Shown here piece after piece: positions 1 through 13,440 of a stretch of 64,000 nt of DNA. The notes under the pieces were generated by a model. The model ran no database searches. It was not told the DNA's origin and saw only the letters and a program-made list of their open reading frames with translations. Origin of the DNA: Octopus sinensis (Eukaryota); NCBI RefSeq assembly GCF_006345805.1, contig NC_043006.1, positions 105,090,001 through 105,154,000 of the forward strand. The letters run 5' to 3'. The position numbers and the translations under genes were made by a program. Numbering within the stretch: position 1 is the first letter of the stretch; each line of letters opens with the position of its first letter.

Positions 1-151
1 CAGTTGCTTTTTCCTACTGTTTATATTATTTGATTCTGTTGATTTCTTGTGACTCTTATTTTTTCTTGACTCTCTTTTATTTGTCAAATGAGAAACTTTC
101 CGTATGTTTATAAAAGCTAGGAAATTTCACTTTATACATTAATTACCATAA

Positions 152-2433
152 GGGTCCATTCTACCCTCGAAATAAATTCAGACAATACTGGTGTCATTCT
201 AAGCAGAATAAAAGCAGTAGCAAATATCATTTTCTTTGATATTTATCAGATATAAAATAGATAAAATTGTATTCAATTTATTTGCTGAACTTTAGATAAA
301 ATAGAAAAAATTATGAAAATATTCCTGTAAATTTGTGTGGTATTGCATCAACTTCTAGGTTAGAGGATGATGCAATATTTCTATTTGAAGAGGCAATTCT
401 TACAATATATTTCATCATACAAAAAGTATAAATATGTGAGAGAACAATATCTGCTTCTAGTCTGCCATCAAGTTTCATATAGTTCAGTTGTGCTTTCTCA
501 TATGTCTGGATGTGAATAGTTGAGTGAAGACCAAACATCGAAAAGGTTTTTGGAATTAGATGAAGAATGGGAAGAACGTACTAGTGGTTCCTTTTATTGC
601 TCTGAAGATGATGGTGAAAGTGATTGCGTGCTGGACATTTTAGTTTCTGTGTCATCAGATGATAAAGATACTCAAAAACAATTATCTGCAAGCCATCCAA
701 TTATGAACGAGCAATATATTTCTAGAGACAGACAAGATGTTTGGCATTCTAATCCTCTTACTCAAGCAGCAGCAAGAACTTCATCTTGCAATATTGTACG
801 CCAGGAATGTGGACCATCCCATTCTGCTACAAAGTCTTGTCATAGCATTGAAGCATGCTTTACTATCTTTATGCGCCAGAATCTTCTTGAAGTAATTCGC
901 AAATGGACAAATCTTGAAGGGCAGGTTGTTTAGGAAATTGATCACTCTGAACTAAAGAAATTTATTGGACTGATTATTCTTATAGGTGTTTATAAATCTA
1001 AACATGAAAATGTTACACAGTTATGGAGTAAAGAAGATGGCCGCCCAATGTTCAATAAAACTGTGATCCGGGGAAGATTTCAACAGATTTTACAAGTATT
1101 GCGTTTTGATGATGCTAGTGCAAGAAGAAAAAAGAGAAATGAGGATAATTGGAGTCGATAAGAGGAGTATTTGAAATGTGGAATCAGAATTTGCAATAAG
1201 GATACGTTCCAAGGTTATGCATGACAGATGATGAACAGTTAGTTTCATTCAGAGGGCGCTGCCCATTCCGGGTGTATATTCCTTCAAAATCAGAGAAATA
1301 TGGAATTAAGATTTGGGCAATATGCGACAGTAAAACATCTTATGCCTGGAAAATGCAAATCTACACTGGAAAAGACCTAGTAAAGGGAGAGAGAGACAAA
1401 TCAAGGTTTAAGAGTTGTCGAAAACCCTAGTAAAGGATCATGAAAATACTGATCGAAATATAACTTGTGATAGTTTTTTTTTAGAAATCTAGGATTGACT
1501 CGAAAGCTGTTTTAGCAAGAAAGCTACTTTAGTTGGAACAATAAAAAATAACAGAGTTGAACGTCCAAGTGCTTTCACAAATGGAAAAGAAAGAGAAATC
1601 AACAGAACAGTATTTGGATTTCTAAAGTATTCTATGCTCCTATCTTATTGTACCAAGAAAAATTATGTTGTCACACTTATGAGTACAATGCACTCTCAGT
1701 CTTCAATTGCTTCAAAACGTTCTGAAAAGAGCCTTGAAGTTATTACATGTTACAACAAAACAAAAGTAGGAGTAAATACCCTAGATAAGATGGCAAGGAC
1801 ATACACTTGCAAAAGAATGACTCGAAGATGGCCTATGGTTATATTCTACAACATGATTGATATAAGTGCAGTGAATGCTTTCATTGTTGCAAAACAACTT
1901 CATTTGCAAAGTTTCAAGGATAAAAGAAGACGGTGCCTAATTCACTTTGGAAAGGAACTTTCAGGAGTCGATGCTAAACAAGAACATGACAAACAGTCTT
2001 CTGGTTCTGTTAACATTTCTCAACCAAACAAGGAAAGAAGACGATTTTCACTTCATTTGAGATTCCTCAGCCGAAGAAAAGGGGAAGATGTTCGTTGTGT
2101 GACCCCAAAAAAGAGAGGAAAACTCGTACTACATGTAAGAATTATAATATCCATGTTTGCCAGGAACATTCCAATGTTGTCTGCATTCAATGCCATGACG
2201 AGCTGTAATTCTATATTTTTGTCATTTTTAAAACTTATGATGTATTTTGTAAGCTCTATTATTTTTATTAAAATTTGCGAGAAACTAATTTTTCATTCAC
2301 TTGATAGCATATATAATGTAGCTAAGAATTAGTGGTAGTTTGAATAAAATTTTATTAAAAGAAATACATTGGGTCCTTTTGACCCAGTTTAGTAATTAGT
2401 GACACTTATTTTCTCGGGTAGACCAAGGGTTAA
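152..2433 (+). mobile_element. piggyBac-like DNA transposon, inactive
   Basis: Right end ...CCAAGGG|TTAA at 2427-2433. Subterminal GGGTC-n-GACCC motif at 2371-2385, with a degenerate counterpart at 152-166. The left TTAACCC end is not recognisable. A disrupted transposase lies inside. Confidence 0.85.
520..1990 (+). pseudogene. piggyBac (PGBD4-like) transposase pseudogene
   Basis: Motifs across broken frames: ELKKFIGLIILIGVYKSK, RFQQILQVLRFDD, DEQLVSFRGRCPFRVYIPSK..KYGIKIW, RNITCDSFF, YNKTKVGVNTLDKMARTYTCKRMTRRWPMVIFYNMID. Multiple stops and frameshifts; the third catalytic Asp (GGVD) reads N. Confidence 0.92.
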
Positions 2434-2509
2434 ACACATTCCTGGAAGCTGATACGTGGATACTAATGACTTGTAGAGACAGAAGATTTCGTTATGTTAT
2501 GTTTAATAA

Positions 2510-2660
2510 CCAAATGCTTAGCGTTATTTCGTTCGACTTTACTTTCTGACTTCAAATTCTGTCGAGGTCGACTTTGCCTTTCACGTTTCGGGGTCAATAA
2601 AATGATTTAATAGTCTTACTCCGCCCCTCCGAAATTGTTGGCCTTCTGCCAACATTTGAA
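2510..2660 (+). mobile_element. tRNA-derived SINE family S1, degraded copy
   Basis: Core TTCAAATTCTGTCGAGGTCGACTTTGCCTTTCA matches other copies at 17.7, 28.0, 31.6 and 46.6 kb. Confidence 0.75.
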
Positions 2661-3804
2661 ACCGTTATCTCAAGCGATTTGTTTTATATACTGAAGTGTA
2701 TCATCTTGTAGCACAACCAAAGGTATGCAAACTTTTATAAATAGGAACTTGTAAGATTTTTGGGTTAACCGCTAACCTCGACGAAACGTTCGTAATGTTT
2801 CAATGGCTCCCAGATTACCCTACGTTAAACCATCAATACGTGTCAAGGATCACAAGCTTAAATTACTTGATAAATATTCATACTTTGTATGATCACACAA
2901 TACTGTTCATAGTATGGTGAAATGCTTCACGAATCAGAAACACAGTTTATGCATTTGATAGACTCAGAGAATGTTCTTAGGTTCAGAAATGTACAAGAAA
3001 AGACAGTAAAGTTGCGGTATACAATGCAAGCATACTTATGATTCTGGTTTATACTTGCAATACTTGAACAGTCTACGACAGATTCCTCACATTATTTGTG
3101 CGTTTACGCTAACGGTGCCTTCGTGATACTCAATGTGTTCACTGGAGCGCACATACGCCTGATTCTGAAGTCCTCCAAAATATGAAATAATCAGCATTGA
3201 AGAGCACATTGAATCAGATGACAACAGATTTCCCTAATCCTTTATAGTGGAGTGATGTGATGTCTGGTGCTACACCACAACAAAAGCCAAACTGTGAATT
3301 AAGGGTTATGTAAAAGATTCTCTAACTCGATCCCACTGAGAAACTACTTGTTGGGGGTCTTCAGTGCTAGATAGAGTAAACTGGCGCAAACAAATAACCA
3401 ACTGCAGTAAGAGGTTTCATGAATATTCATTAGAATGGCTGAATATAAAGCAAGCAGGAAAAGAGAACCTGTTAGTCCAACACAACTACGTTTAAAGGGT
3501 GATGGACGCGGAAGAGTTTGCTTCTCCGGAGCTGGTTTCACATGACGTCTACGCAAACACGCTGAAACGCCTCAGACAATGTATGTGAAAGGCAATTTCC
3601 CGGGTCGTGAAAATGTATAATAAAAGATGCAGCAGAGAATGAGTAGGTCATCGCAACACGTGCAATTGAATGCCGCATCTGCTACAAAAATTCAAGTCAA
3701 TTGCTGGCTTTAAAATCCAATGCAGTTCCCATGGGCATGGAATAAAAAAGCAAAACAAGATGTTATCATTACTGGTCGTACTCTTGTAGCGAATCGACAA
3801 TCAT

Positions 3805-3909
3805 CATATATGCATATATGTATGTATGTATGCCTATGGGTATGTATGAATGTATGCATTCATTGTGAATATGTATACGTATGTTTGTGCATATACATGC
3901 ATAAAACAT

Positions 3910-3951
<42 letters not shown>

Positions 3952-4070
3952 GTATACATCACACACATGCGAACATACATACACATATATATGGATATTC
4001 ATGCAAACACACACACACACATATGTATATATATATATATAATATACACAAACGCACACACATATATAGA
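3805..4070. repeat. compound (TA)n/(CA)n microsatellite
   Basis: Directly visible. Confidence 0.95.
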
Positions 4071-4149
4071 GGAGGAGGAGACCCCCTTCAGTCATGAATG
4101 ACCATGGGATTGCACCTAATAGGTTACCCTACGAGGCACAGGAACCGGA

Positions 4150-4326
4150 GTAAGGTTGTTTGTGGAAGGCTGGCAGTTGCCCATGCATACCAGTCTCCTC
4201 CACACCACTGATGTTATCCAAGGGAATGGCAAAGGGGCCGATACAGCTTGACACCAGTAATGTTGCAACTCATTTCTAAACCTGAGTTAACTGGACCAAC
4301 GTGGAATAAAGTGTCTTGCTCAAGAC
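4150..4326 (-). mobile_element. SINE family C fragment
   Basis: Reverse complement of the body of the complete copy at 37060-37408. Confidence 0.75.
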
Positions 4327-4519
4327 CCGTAAGAAAATGATACATCACTTAGCAACAGAATAGCATTTCTCCTTCAATGTCTGCGTTCATCTATTAGCAA
4401 TAACTTTAAGATTATATCGCTCAGAATATATTTTGATAGCACACTCACAAACACGCGTGCGCTCGTGCACACGCGTATAAATATCTATATGTAATTATTT
4501 ATTTGTCTACTTAGCTATC

Positions 4520-4550
4520 TACGTAAAAATATCTACCTATCTATCTATCC

Positions 4551-4634
<84 letters not shown>

Positions 4635-4635
4635 G
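4520..4635. repeat. (TATC)n microsatellite
   Basis: Directly visible. Confidence 0.95.
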
Positions 4636-4830
4636 CGTATATATATACTGGAAAATGTGTTAAATCCTTAGTACAGTTAGGTATTTGAAAAAGGAAAAGA
4701 TTGACTTCTCTGGTAGTACTAATCAATTTAATGTTTTAATAATATAATTTTACTACGAACCAAACCTTAAAATTCTATTACTAAAATCTTAAATTGATTA
4801 GAACTACCAGTGAAGAGATTCTTCTCTTTT

Positions 4831-4873
<43 letters not shown>

Positions 4874-5657
4874 TTACATATACATAAATAGTCTCACTGC
4901 GTGTTTTCTTGGTTAAATATATCTTCTATATCCTCGGGGAAACTGAAGCCTTGGGAGTGCATTTGGTAGGCGGAAACTGAAAGAAGCATGTCATATATAT
5001 AAGTGATACTAACAAAAGCCTTAGGGATATCTAGGCCCTACACATACCAGGGTTTTACATGTCCTCTCATGTTTCGTATGAAGGGGAGATGGCCTTGATA
5101 AGATCCTTTATGGATGGTGCGTATTTGTACATCACCAGTTAGACTGTCGACGACAAGCGTTCACCTTTTCTTTAAAATTTTGGCCAAAATATTGGAACTT
5201 GCATATAACAGAGTTTATGGACCGGGAATTGTAATCGCACTTGTTTGAATCCTTACTCAGAAGTGGCATCGGTTTTCGACTCACAGTACTAGGAATTCTC
5301 CCTTTCTTGTGCAACCTACAGTAAATATCTATGAAGGAGGTTAAGAAAAATTACCGTATAAAAGGCAAACCTTTTAAAAGCCAAGCTTCCCGTGATATTG
5401 TGGCTTTTATCTGCTTTTCTCAACATTCTACTTCTCTTGGTGAGAGTCGGGTAGACAGTAAAATCGAGCCTGCGTTCCGGATCACCACATTTCCCGAGCA
5501 GTCGAGCAAATTGCCTCTGATAAACCGGATACATCTGCTAGAAGCCGAGTAACACGCCCAACATACTCACCAAAAGAAAGACTTGTGCATATGTCGGCAA
5601 GCCTTTGTCTCTACATTTACTACTTATTTTCCATTAGTCACCTTGCCTATTAATGAC

Positions 5658-5690
<33 letters not shown>

Positions 5691-6191
5691 ACTACTATTA
5701 CTACTACTACTACAATGAATAATTGTAACAATAATAATATAATTTCTAAAAACACTTTAGAAACCATTGAAAGATAAAACGTTCTCTGGTTTAGCATCTC
5801 GTATTATAAGAATGAGGATGCAGAAGTAAGAAATCAAATAATCACTGAAACACTTAACCTGAAGGCCTTTAATGAAATTGCTTGGCTTTATGATGCGCAG
5901 TATCACTGCTTGACCATGAAAAATTACGCAAGTAAAATCAGAGAGTAATGGATTGTACTGGCGGAATAGAAAATATCAAAGACATTGGATTATTTCATCT
6001 TTGGCTAGTAGTTAATAACAAAGATGGATTATACATGTAAGTATGAAAGATATTTATATGATAGTCTGTAATGCTACGTTGAAATAAACAGCGAAATCTA
6101 CGTCATAAGCACTCGAAGATATACCGATCTCCAAACAGTTTTCTCCAAATTTATTATCGTATGTTTATTGGTGTATAACTATATCTATATT

Positions 6192-6409
6192 TACTCTCTT
6201 TACTCTTTTACTTGTTTCAGTCATGTGACTGTGGCCATGCTGGAGCACTGCCTTTAGTCGAGCAAATCGACCCCAAGACTCATTCTTTGTAAGCCTAGTA
6301 CTTATTCTATCGGTCTCTCTTGCAGAACCGCTAAGTTACGGGGACGTAAACACACCAGCATCGGTTGTCAAGCGATGGTGAGGGGACAAACACAGACACA
6401 CAAACATAT

Positions 6410-6446
<37 letters not shown>

Positions 6447-6612
6447 CATGATGGGCTTCTTTCAGTTTCCGTCTACCAAATCCACTCACAAGGCTTTGGT
6501 CGGGTCGAGGCAATAGTAGACGACACTCCCCCAAGGTGCCACGCAGTGGGACTGAACTCGAAACCATGTGGTTCATAAGCAAGCTACTTACCACACAGCC
6601 ACTCCTACGCCT
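6192..6612 (-). mobile_element. composite SINE family AB, full length (tRNA head + internal TA/GT microsatellite + tail)
   Basis: Minus strand starts AGGCGTAGGAGTGGCTGTGTGGTAAG (A-box-like) followed by GGTTTCGAGTTCAGTCCC (B-box-like). Then an internal microsatellite and a tail ending in GAGTAAA-like repeats. Same layout at 7953-8344. Confidence 0.9.
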
Positions 6613-7952
6613 ATATATATTTACATATATATTTATATGAACATATATGTATGGGTATGTAGAGAAAGAGGGAGAGAGGGGGAGAAAAAAGGAAAGAGAG
6701 ATTTTAAAAGTGCAAAATAGGAAATGCTTTGGGAACATTATTATGAATAAAAGAGAGAATACTAATTACATTATGGAAACTGCTTCAATCGCCAGCGTGG
6801 CCATTGTTATATCAGCAGCTTTAATATTTAATGAATGGTACGTTGCGAGTGATAAAAAGACGCGTTAATTAAAAGTGCACAGGTTGACACAGGTTTTACA
6901 TTTCTTCATGCAATGATACAAAGTATTTTCAGGTAACACTAGTAGAGTTTTAATATGACACTTCTCATTAGAAGAATACAATGAAAAGCACGTATAAACG
7001 TGACGGTGAAAATATATCTCCAAGAAAAAAACAAAACAAATGAATCGTAGAAATTAAAAGTGGGACAAGTGAAAAGGTGTGAAAAGTAACAAAATATGAA
7101 ACAGAGAACGAAAGCAACAATAGAAGACATTTGCAAACATCTGAGACGAGTGGAATCCACATTTATGTGTTTCACTGTAAAACCAGTAAATCATGAAAAA
7201 GATGCAATGATGAAACCAGCAAATACGCCAACATTTACGTTAATTCTTTTATGCACAAAGTAAACATCTCTAGCTGAGGAATATAATCGATTATATTGAT
7301 ACAAGTAGTCCTTTGGTTCCGATATTATGCATCCCGAAGAGTTGACACCTGCAGGATTAACACCCATGGCATCACTGGATGTGATGAAAGTTAACTCACC
7401 GCAGATGAACTCATATCTGCGGTGAGTTAACTTGGAAATTCCAAGCGACAATGTAACTTTTATGCAATTAAGTTATTCTAGACATAATTAGCTAAGTTGA
7501 GCCCTCCTCGTTCAGTAATTATTACCTCAGAAGATCAGCTTGTTACGAAACGTGTGGAGCCTGGATTTTGCGCATTCGATTCCCTCAATTTAGATTTTTA
7601 ACAAACCTAGCTGCTAACGTTGAGCTTTACAGAAACTTTCAGCTTATTAAATTTGCCCGTAATTTCGATATGGGAAAACGGGTGTAGCATTCTACTCCAA
7701 TAATTTGTTATTGTTACCGGTCGTACACAGACAGGTTTTTGCTTTCTATACCTGCCATACATTGCCCAAAGCTTACAAACTTCCTATACTTGTATCCCTG
7801 AATCTTACCTTTATCTATCGATATATGTATGTCATTTTTCACTTTTATTTCAAGATTACTTGCTAATTAAGAAAGAGACGGTTTCCAGTCTACATCCGAG
7901 GCTCCTTCAGGGGAATTTCCACATCAACAGGGTATTTTTGTAAGTATGCATA

Positions 7953-8143
7953 TACTCTTTACTCTTTTATTTGTTTCAGTAATTTGACTGTGGCCATGCT
8001 GGAACACCGCCTTTAGTCGAGCAAGTCGACCCCAGGACTTATACTTTGTAAGCCTAGTACTTATTCTATCAGTCTCTTTTGCCGATCACACCAGCATCGG
8101 TTGTCAAGCGATTTTTTTTTGGTTGGGGGGGGGACAAACACAG

Positions 8144-8180
<37 letters not shown>

Positions 8181-8344
8181 CATATATACGAAGGGGTACT
8201 TTCAGATTCCGTCTACCAAATCCACTTACAAGGCTTTGGTCGGCCCGAGGTTATAGTAGAAGACACTTGCCCAAGGTGCCACGTAGTAGGACTGAACCCG
8301 GAACCATGTGGTTGATAAGCAAGCTATTTACCACACCGCCACTC
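7953..8344 (-). mobile_element. composite SINE family AB, second copy
   Basis: Colinear with 6192-6612, with a small internal deletion. Confidence 0.88.
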
Positions 8345-8399
8345 ATGTTTTGTTCTGTGTATGTATACTCATGTATACAGTTGCATGTCTTGACATTCT

Positions 8400-9910
8400 T
8401 ATATATACTTAAATAATAAACTTCTGGCAAGTTTTATGGATTTCCAGTGGTGTCTTTCTTGGATGTGTAGTCTTCCAGTCATCCTTCTCCGTTCTTCTTT
8501 TGAGAAGCCTAGTTTCGCAAGATTGGTATTTAGCCAGTGTGTTTCATATCTCAGTGCCCCAAAAATTACAGATATAAGCATAAACTTGTAATCTGAGTAG
8601 AGAAGTGTAGATGTCTCCATAGTTTAGCGTAGTTATTTTCTTTTTCGCTGATCTTTATCTTTATGTTAACATCCGTCGGGCAACTGATTTCCACACCTGT
8701 ACAGTTTCTCTTCCCTGCCCCAAATCACTATACCAGGTCTATTTCACTGGGGTATTCCACCAGTACTGCTTATTATGAGTGGATATGGCTTCTGTCAAAC
8801 TGTGGATTCTTATTTCTATGGCCGCGGGTTTATTCTTCCGACGGACCTCATTATGCAGTGCCTTAGCTACCATATTATGTCTCATCGGCAGATAATACCG
8901 TCATCACATTTTCGGACTACTGCTTATGACGTGGGTGATATTTCCAGTGTTAAGTCCAGAAAGTCTTCATCAGTTATCACATTTTGCTCCTTTTCCTACA
9001 TCTCTCTCCATTTTGTGCGTCAGGTATTTGGTTGATATTTCATGTTCCCTGGATTGCATATGCCTACCCTTCAAGTGTAGTAATCCGGTTGCTGGTCCTT
9101 GAGAGATTGTTTTGATGATCAACGTTACTATCATCTCGGAGCTTTCTACTAAAATATCCAAGCATGGTTTCCAGCTGATATACTCTCGTCGTCTCATCTG
9201 ATGATGCGTTGTGCGAGAGTCGAGTGCCTCCTTTGCTCAAGCAGCTGCTTTCCACTTCTCTTGATGTTATCCGCCTCACGTATGCAAGCTTAGTCAAGGG
9301 ATGCACTCAACACACGGTGGTTAATAGATGTTACCGAAGGGATGTGATACGACATTCAAAGGCAGTCTGGATAGATTTGAAGCCTCCCACTTTGTTTTCG
9401 TTTTAGGGAGAGGCGGTCTATTTCTCTGTTTAGGAGGAAATTATTTGTGCTCGTTAATGCCTTCCGGGTTTTCACACCAGTGGCTCGGATATCATCAAAC
9501 AGCTAATCAAGTAGTCCAAATGTTCGTATGAGTACTGACAGTGTAAACATATCATGGGCCACTGTTTATTGAATGCAGAGTGTTCCGAGATCCATATACT
9601 CTTTATTCAGCTGTAATACACTTTAGTGACGTGTTTTTTTTACAGGTGCCATTGTAAGATATGCTTTCGTCCACCTCGAGATACTTGTAACATTCTTCAT
9701 CAGATTCACGAGGAAACAATTAAGTCATTGATGGAGATGCTGCTAGTCTGATTTACAGTTTTCCGTCTTTTCACAACCATATAGCAACATACACCTGACA
9801 AAACTCCAACCCTATAACTTTTGAGAATGCTGTAATTAGGTCAAGGACTCTTTTTCATCTCATGGAGATTCTTGGCCTATAGTTACAAGTCATCCACACA
9901 AGAAAGCAGC
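8400..9910 (-). mobile_element. R4/Dong-like RLE non-LTR retrotransposon, 5'-truncated and degraded
   Basis: Minus-strand translation across frameshifts gives VDDL (RT motif C, ~9895), YKYLEVDE, DVKTRKAL..EIDRLSLKRKQ.G and ITHVISS.P...RHNMVAKALH (decayed CCHC). It then gives NRPGIVIW...VEISCPTDVN..K.SEK.NYAKL (restriction-like endonuclease) and ISVIFGAL at the C-terminus. Confidence 0.8.
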
Positions 9911-9929
9911 GAGTAATTTTGTTAAAAGA

Positions 9930-9982
9930 TAAATAGTTAGATAGGCAGACAGGCAGACAGACAATCAGACAGACAGACAATC

Positions 9983-10065
<83 letters not shown>
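9930..10065. repeat. (GACA)n/(GATA)n microsatellite
   Basis: Directly visible. Confidence 0.95.
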
Positions 10066-10689
10066 CAGGCGGGCACAGGTGAGCTAAAAGGGTGTACTTA
10101 CATGGAATACAAAACGCAGATTACAAAATAAAGAGCACAAAAATAATTGTGTAGTCTTACCTCGACAGCTGTTTCGGGAGAGCCATACCTTGTGCCATAA
10201 CCTGGGTCATATTTAATATGTGCATGATATCATAGGTGTGTGTAACACCATAAATTCCAATGAAATTGCTAACGCAAGTTAGGTGACAGTCCGCAAGAAA
10301 ATTATGATAAAGTGCATCTCATAACAGTGATTGCGAATATAAATGTTTAAAGAAAATAGCGTGGGGTGGTGAAGACATTCTTGAAATGGTAGAATGGTTA
10401 AAGTAGAAGCGAGAGATGAAGACATTGACGAAAACTAGGCTGGGACGAGGTAAATTTAACAGCTAACCTAAAACAAGTAATGTTATCGGAACAACACAAA
10501 GGAAGAAGGACATTGCAATAACTACCAGTTTAGATATAACAGATTAAGAAGCAAAACAGAGACGATCTATCTGAGTAGCATTGGGAAAGAATGCACTGTG
10601 TTAAAGTAGGGAGATTGTATAACATGTAAATATATGCTTTAAGCATACAAGTGTTTATCTATCTTTTAAGTGTTTATCTTTCTACAGCC

Positions 10690-12877
10690 ATAACAGCTCG
10701 GCCGGGAAGCTTTGTATACCACATCAATAGATACTTTCGGTATGAGTGAAAGGCATAATTCAGATTGCTACAGTGCTGGGTTCTCAGAGTTGGAACCACT
10801 TATCGAAGCAAAGCGTGCAGCTCTGAGGCAATACAAGAGTGATTCTTCTACAAAGACACTCGAAGAACTCAGAAGGGCAAGAAGGAAAACCCAACTGACT
10901 GCCAGACACTGTGCAAATAGGTATTGGCAGGAAATCTGTCAGAGTAACCGGTCAGCTGCTGACAGTGGCGACGTCCGAGGGATGTATGCCGCAACCAGCA
11001 AATTGGTAGATGGGTGGGTACTACCAGGATCTCTACTCATAGGAGACCACGGTCGCTGAAGCTGCAATCGAGGGTGTCAATATCTTGCCAGCTATGTGCG
11101 AACCTGACAGTCTGCCGTCCATAGCAGAGTTCACCCAGGCTATTCACAACCTAGCCAGTGGCAAGTCTCCAAGAAAAGACAGCATCCCCTCAGAGACCAT
11201 CAAAACCGGCAAAGACCCCGCCCTGTTTCAGCAACTTCATGAGCTACTCTGTTAGTGCTGGGAAGAGTGTACAAGATATGCGGGATGCCAACATCATTAC
11301 GCTTTACAAAAACAAAGGTGACCGTGGTGATTGCAACAATTACTTTAGAATATCTCTTCTCAGCACTGTTGGGAAGACCTTTGCTCGCGTTATCCTGTCC
11401 GGGCTACAACTGCTTACTTCTCGAATTTATACAGAATCGCGGTGTGGCTTTAGAAGAAGCAGATCAACTACTGACGTGATATTATCCATATAATATCTTC
11501 AGGAGAGGTCCAGAGAGCAGAAAATTCCATTATATATCCTTCATTGATCTGATATTTAAATCTCCTGCTTCAAAAATCGGATGTCCACCAAAGATGCTGA
11601 GGATCACCGAATCTTTCCATTATGATATGCAAGGCACCATACAGTACAATGGTTCAACATCAGCCACCTTCAAAATAAAGAACAGGGTAAAGGAAAGCTG
11701 TGTCCTTGCTCCTACATTATTTGGCATCTTCTTCTCGTTGCTGCTGTCACATGCCTTTGGGACATCAGATGATGGAGTGTTTCTGAACAATAGAAGTGAT
11801 GGGAAACTGTTCAATCTCTCGCGTCTGCGTGCCAAGACCAAAATCAAGCGTCCTGATGAAGGAAATGCTCTTCACTGATGCTGCTCTTGTGGTATCACAC
11901 TCAAAAGAATCCCTGCAAAGGCTCATCAACTTATTTGAGCAAGCATGTAGAGATTTTGGCTTAGTTATCAGCCTCAAGAAGACCAACATCATGGGTAAGG
12001 CTACATTGGATATCCTAAGCATACATATTGGAGACCACAGAGTACACGAGGTGGAGAAGTTTACCTATCTTGGCTCTACCGTCACCTACAACCTGTCCCT
12101 TGATGCCGAGCTCAATATACGCATTGTCAAGGCAGCTGCTGCAATGGCCCAACTCTCCAAACGGGCATGGGACAACAATAAGCTGACCAAGACCACAAAA
12201 CTGATTTACCAGGCATGTGTACTTAGCACTCTACTGTATTCCAGTGAGACCTGGATGCCATATAAACGCCAAGAGCGTCGCCTAAATATCTTTCACCTGC
12301 ACTGCCTCCGGAAAATCATTGGCATCAAATGGCAGGACCGTGTCCCCAACAAAAATGTCCTCAAGCAAGCAGAAATACAAAGCATGTTTGGACTCGTCAT
12401 ACACAGACGTATGCGATGGCTTGGACATGATAGTCGTATGGAAGATGGCAGAATCCCCAAGGACATACTCTACGGAGAGCTTGCTAGGGGCACTAAGTCT
12501 GTTGAAAGACCGTCGTTTTTTACGGTACAAGAATGTCTGTAAAATGGATATGAAGGCCTGCGACATCAACATTAGCAACTGGGAAGCGGTTGCCACAACC
12601 GTGGATATTGGCGACGCACCATAGAAGAGGGAACAGAAAGGAGTGACAGAGGAAGAGAGGAGATATGGAAAGACAAGAAAAGAAGACAACAAGAACCTAT
12701 GACATCACAACCAGCCAGGCAAAGTCTTCGCTACATCTGCGTCACCTGCCAGATGGAGTGTTTGTCCAGGATAGGACTACACAGCCACAGTAAAAGATGT
12801 GACATGAAATGTAAAAACCAGACTGGATTATTTTATGCGCAACTCCATTGTCTCCCTAGACAGAAGGATGCCAACAA
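10690..12877 (+). mobile_element. RTE-clade LINE, 5'-truncated RT pseudogene
   Basis: Motifs DANIITLYKNKGDRGDCNNY.RISLLS, CGFRRSRST, CVLAPTLFGIFFS, EMLFTDAA, FTYLGS, YQACVLSTLLYSSETW, MRWLGH..RMEDGRIPKDILYGEL and a terminal C2H2 finger CVTC..CLSRIGLHSH. The 3' end reads GATGCCAACAA. Confidence 0.93.
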
Positions 12878-13029
12878 GAACATATTAATCATATCAAGTT
12901 ATAACACTAATTTTAATTAAAACAGAAACATAATAATATTAATGATACTAACAAATATTCCAAGTAAAAAACAAATTTTCTTTAAAAAATTATTAAATTA
13001 AAAAAGTTCATTTAGTTCAATTTGCCAAA

Positions 13030-13440
13030 AGTCAGCTCAGACGCCAACGCAGTTTTCAAAATGTTTCCATCGTTCTCGACACAATCAAGGAGATCTTATA
13101 CAACTGAAACTCGGAGTGCCTTCTTGGTCAGCTGAAAGCAGTTTTGGCACAAACTTAGCAGACACGCATCTCATACCCAAATCTTCAGTGATAATGGACT
13201 GAACTGAACCGTAACTAATCTGCACATCCTCTGATAACTCACAGATGGTGATTCGACGATTTTCACAGCTGCATGCACATCTGCGATGTTTTTCGCAGTT
13301 CTGCTGGTTGTGGTTCTCCCAGAACGTTTGTCAATATCGATATTTTTTCGGCTATCTTAGGAAACATCTGAACCAATCATACGCTTGTATGCAGCTCATA
13401 AACTCCTTTCCATACACTACGGATACTTATTGATCAGTCC
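13030..13440 (-). mobile_element. mariner transposase N-terminal fragment
   Basis: Translation RSGRTTTSRT...NRRITICELSEDVQISYGSVQSIITEDLGMRCVSAKFVPKLLS. Confidence 0.85.

Noticed and set aside
600-680. CTGAAGA / TCATCAG motifs in the piggyBac
   Set aside because: They lie inside coding sequence and have no helix II.
5130-5590. Possible retroelement coding remnant (FKILAKIL...)
   Set aside because: Only one short motif is present, and no second motif is found in any frame.
6780-7451. Possible host exon or TM protein on the minus strand
   Set aside because: In-frame stops, no recognisable domain and no convincing splice sites.
7875-7920. HHR-like motif on the minus strand (CTGAAGG...GAAACCGTC)
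   Set aside because: A9 is altered and helices I and II do not pair.
10160-10180. HHR 3' half GAAACAGCTGTC (-)
   Set aside because: No CTGANGA partner was found nearby.
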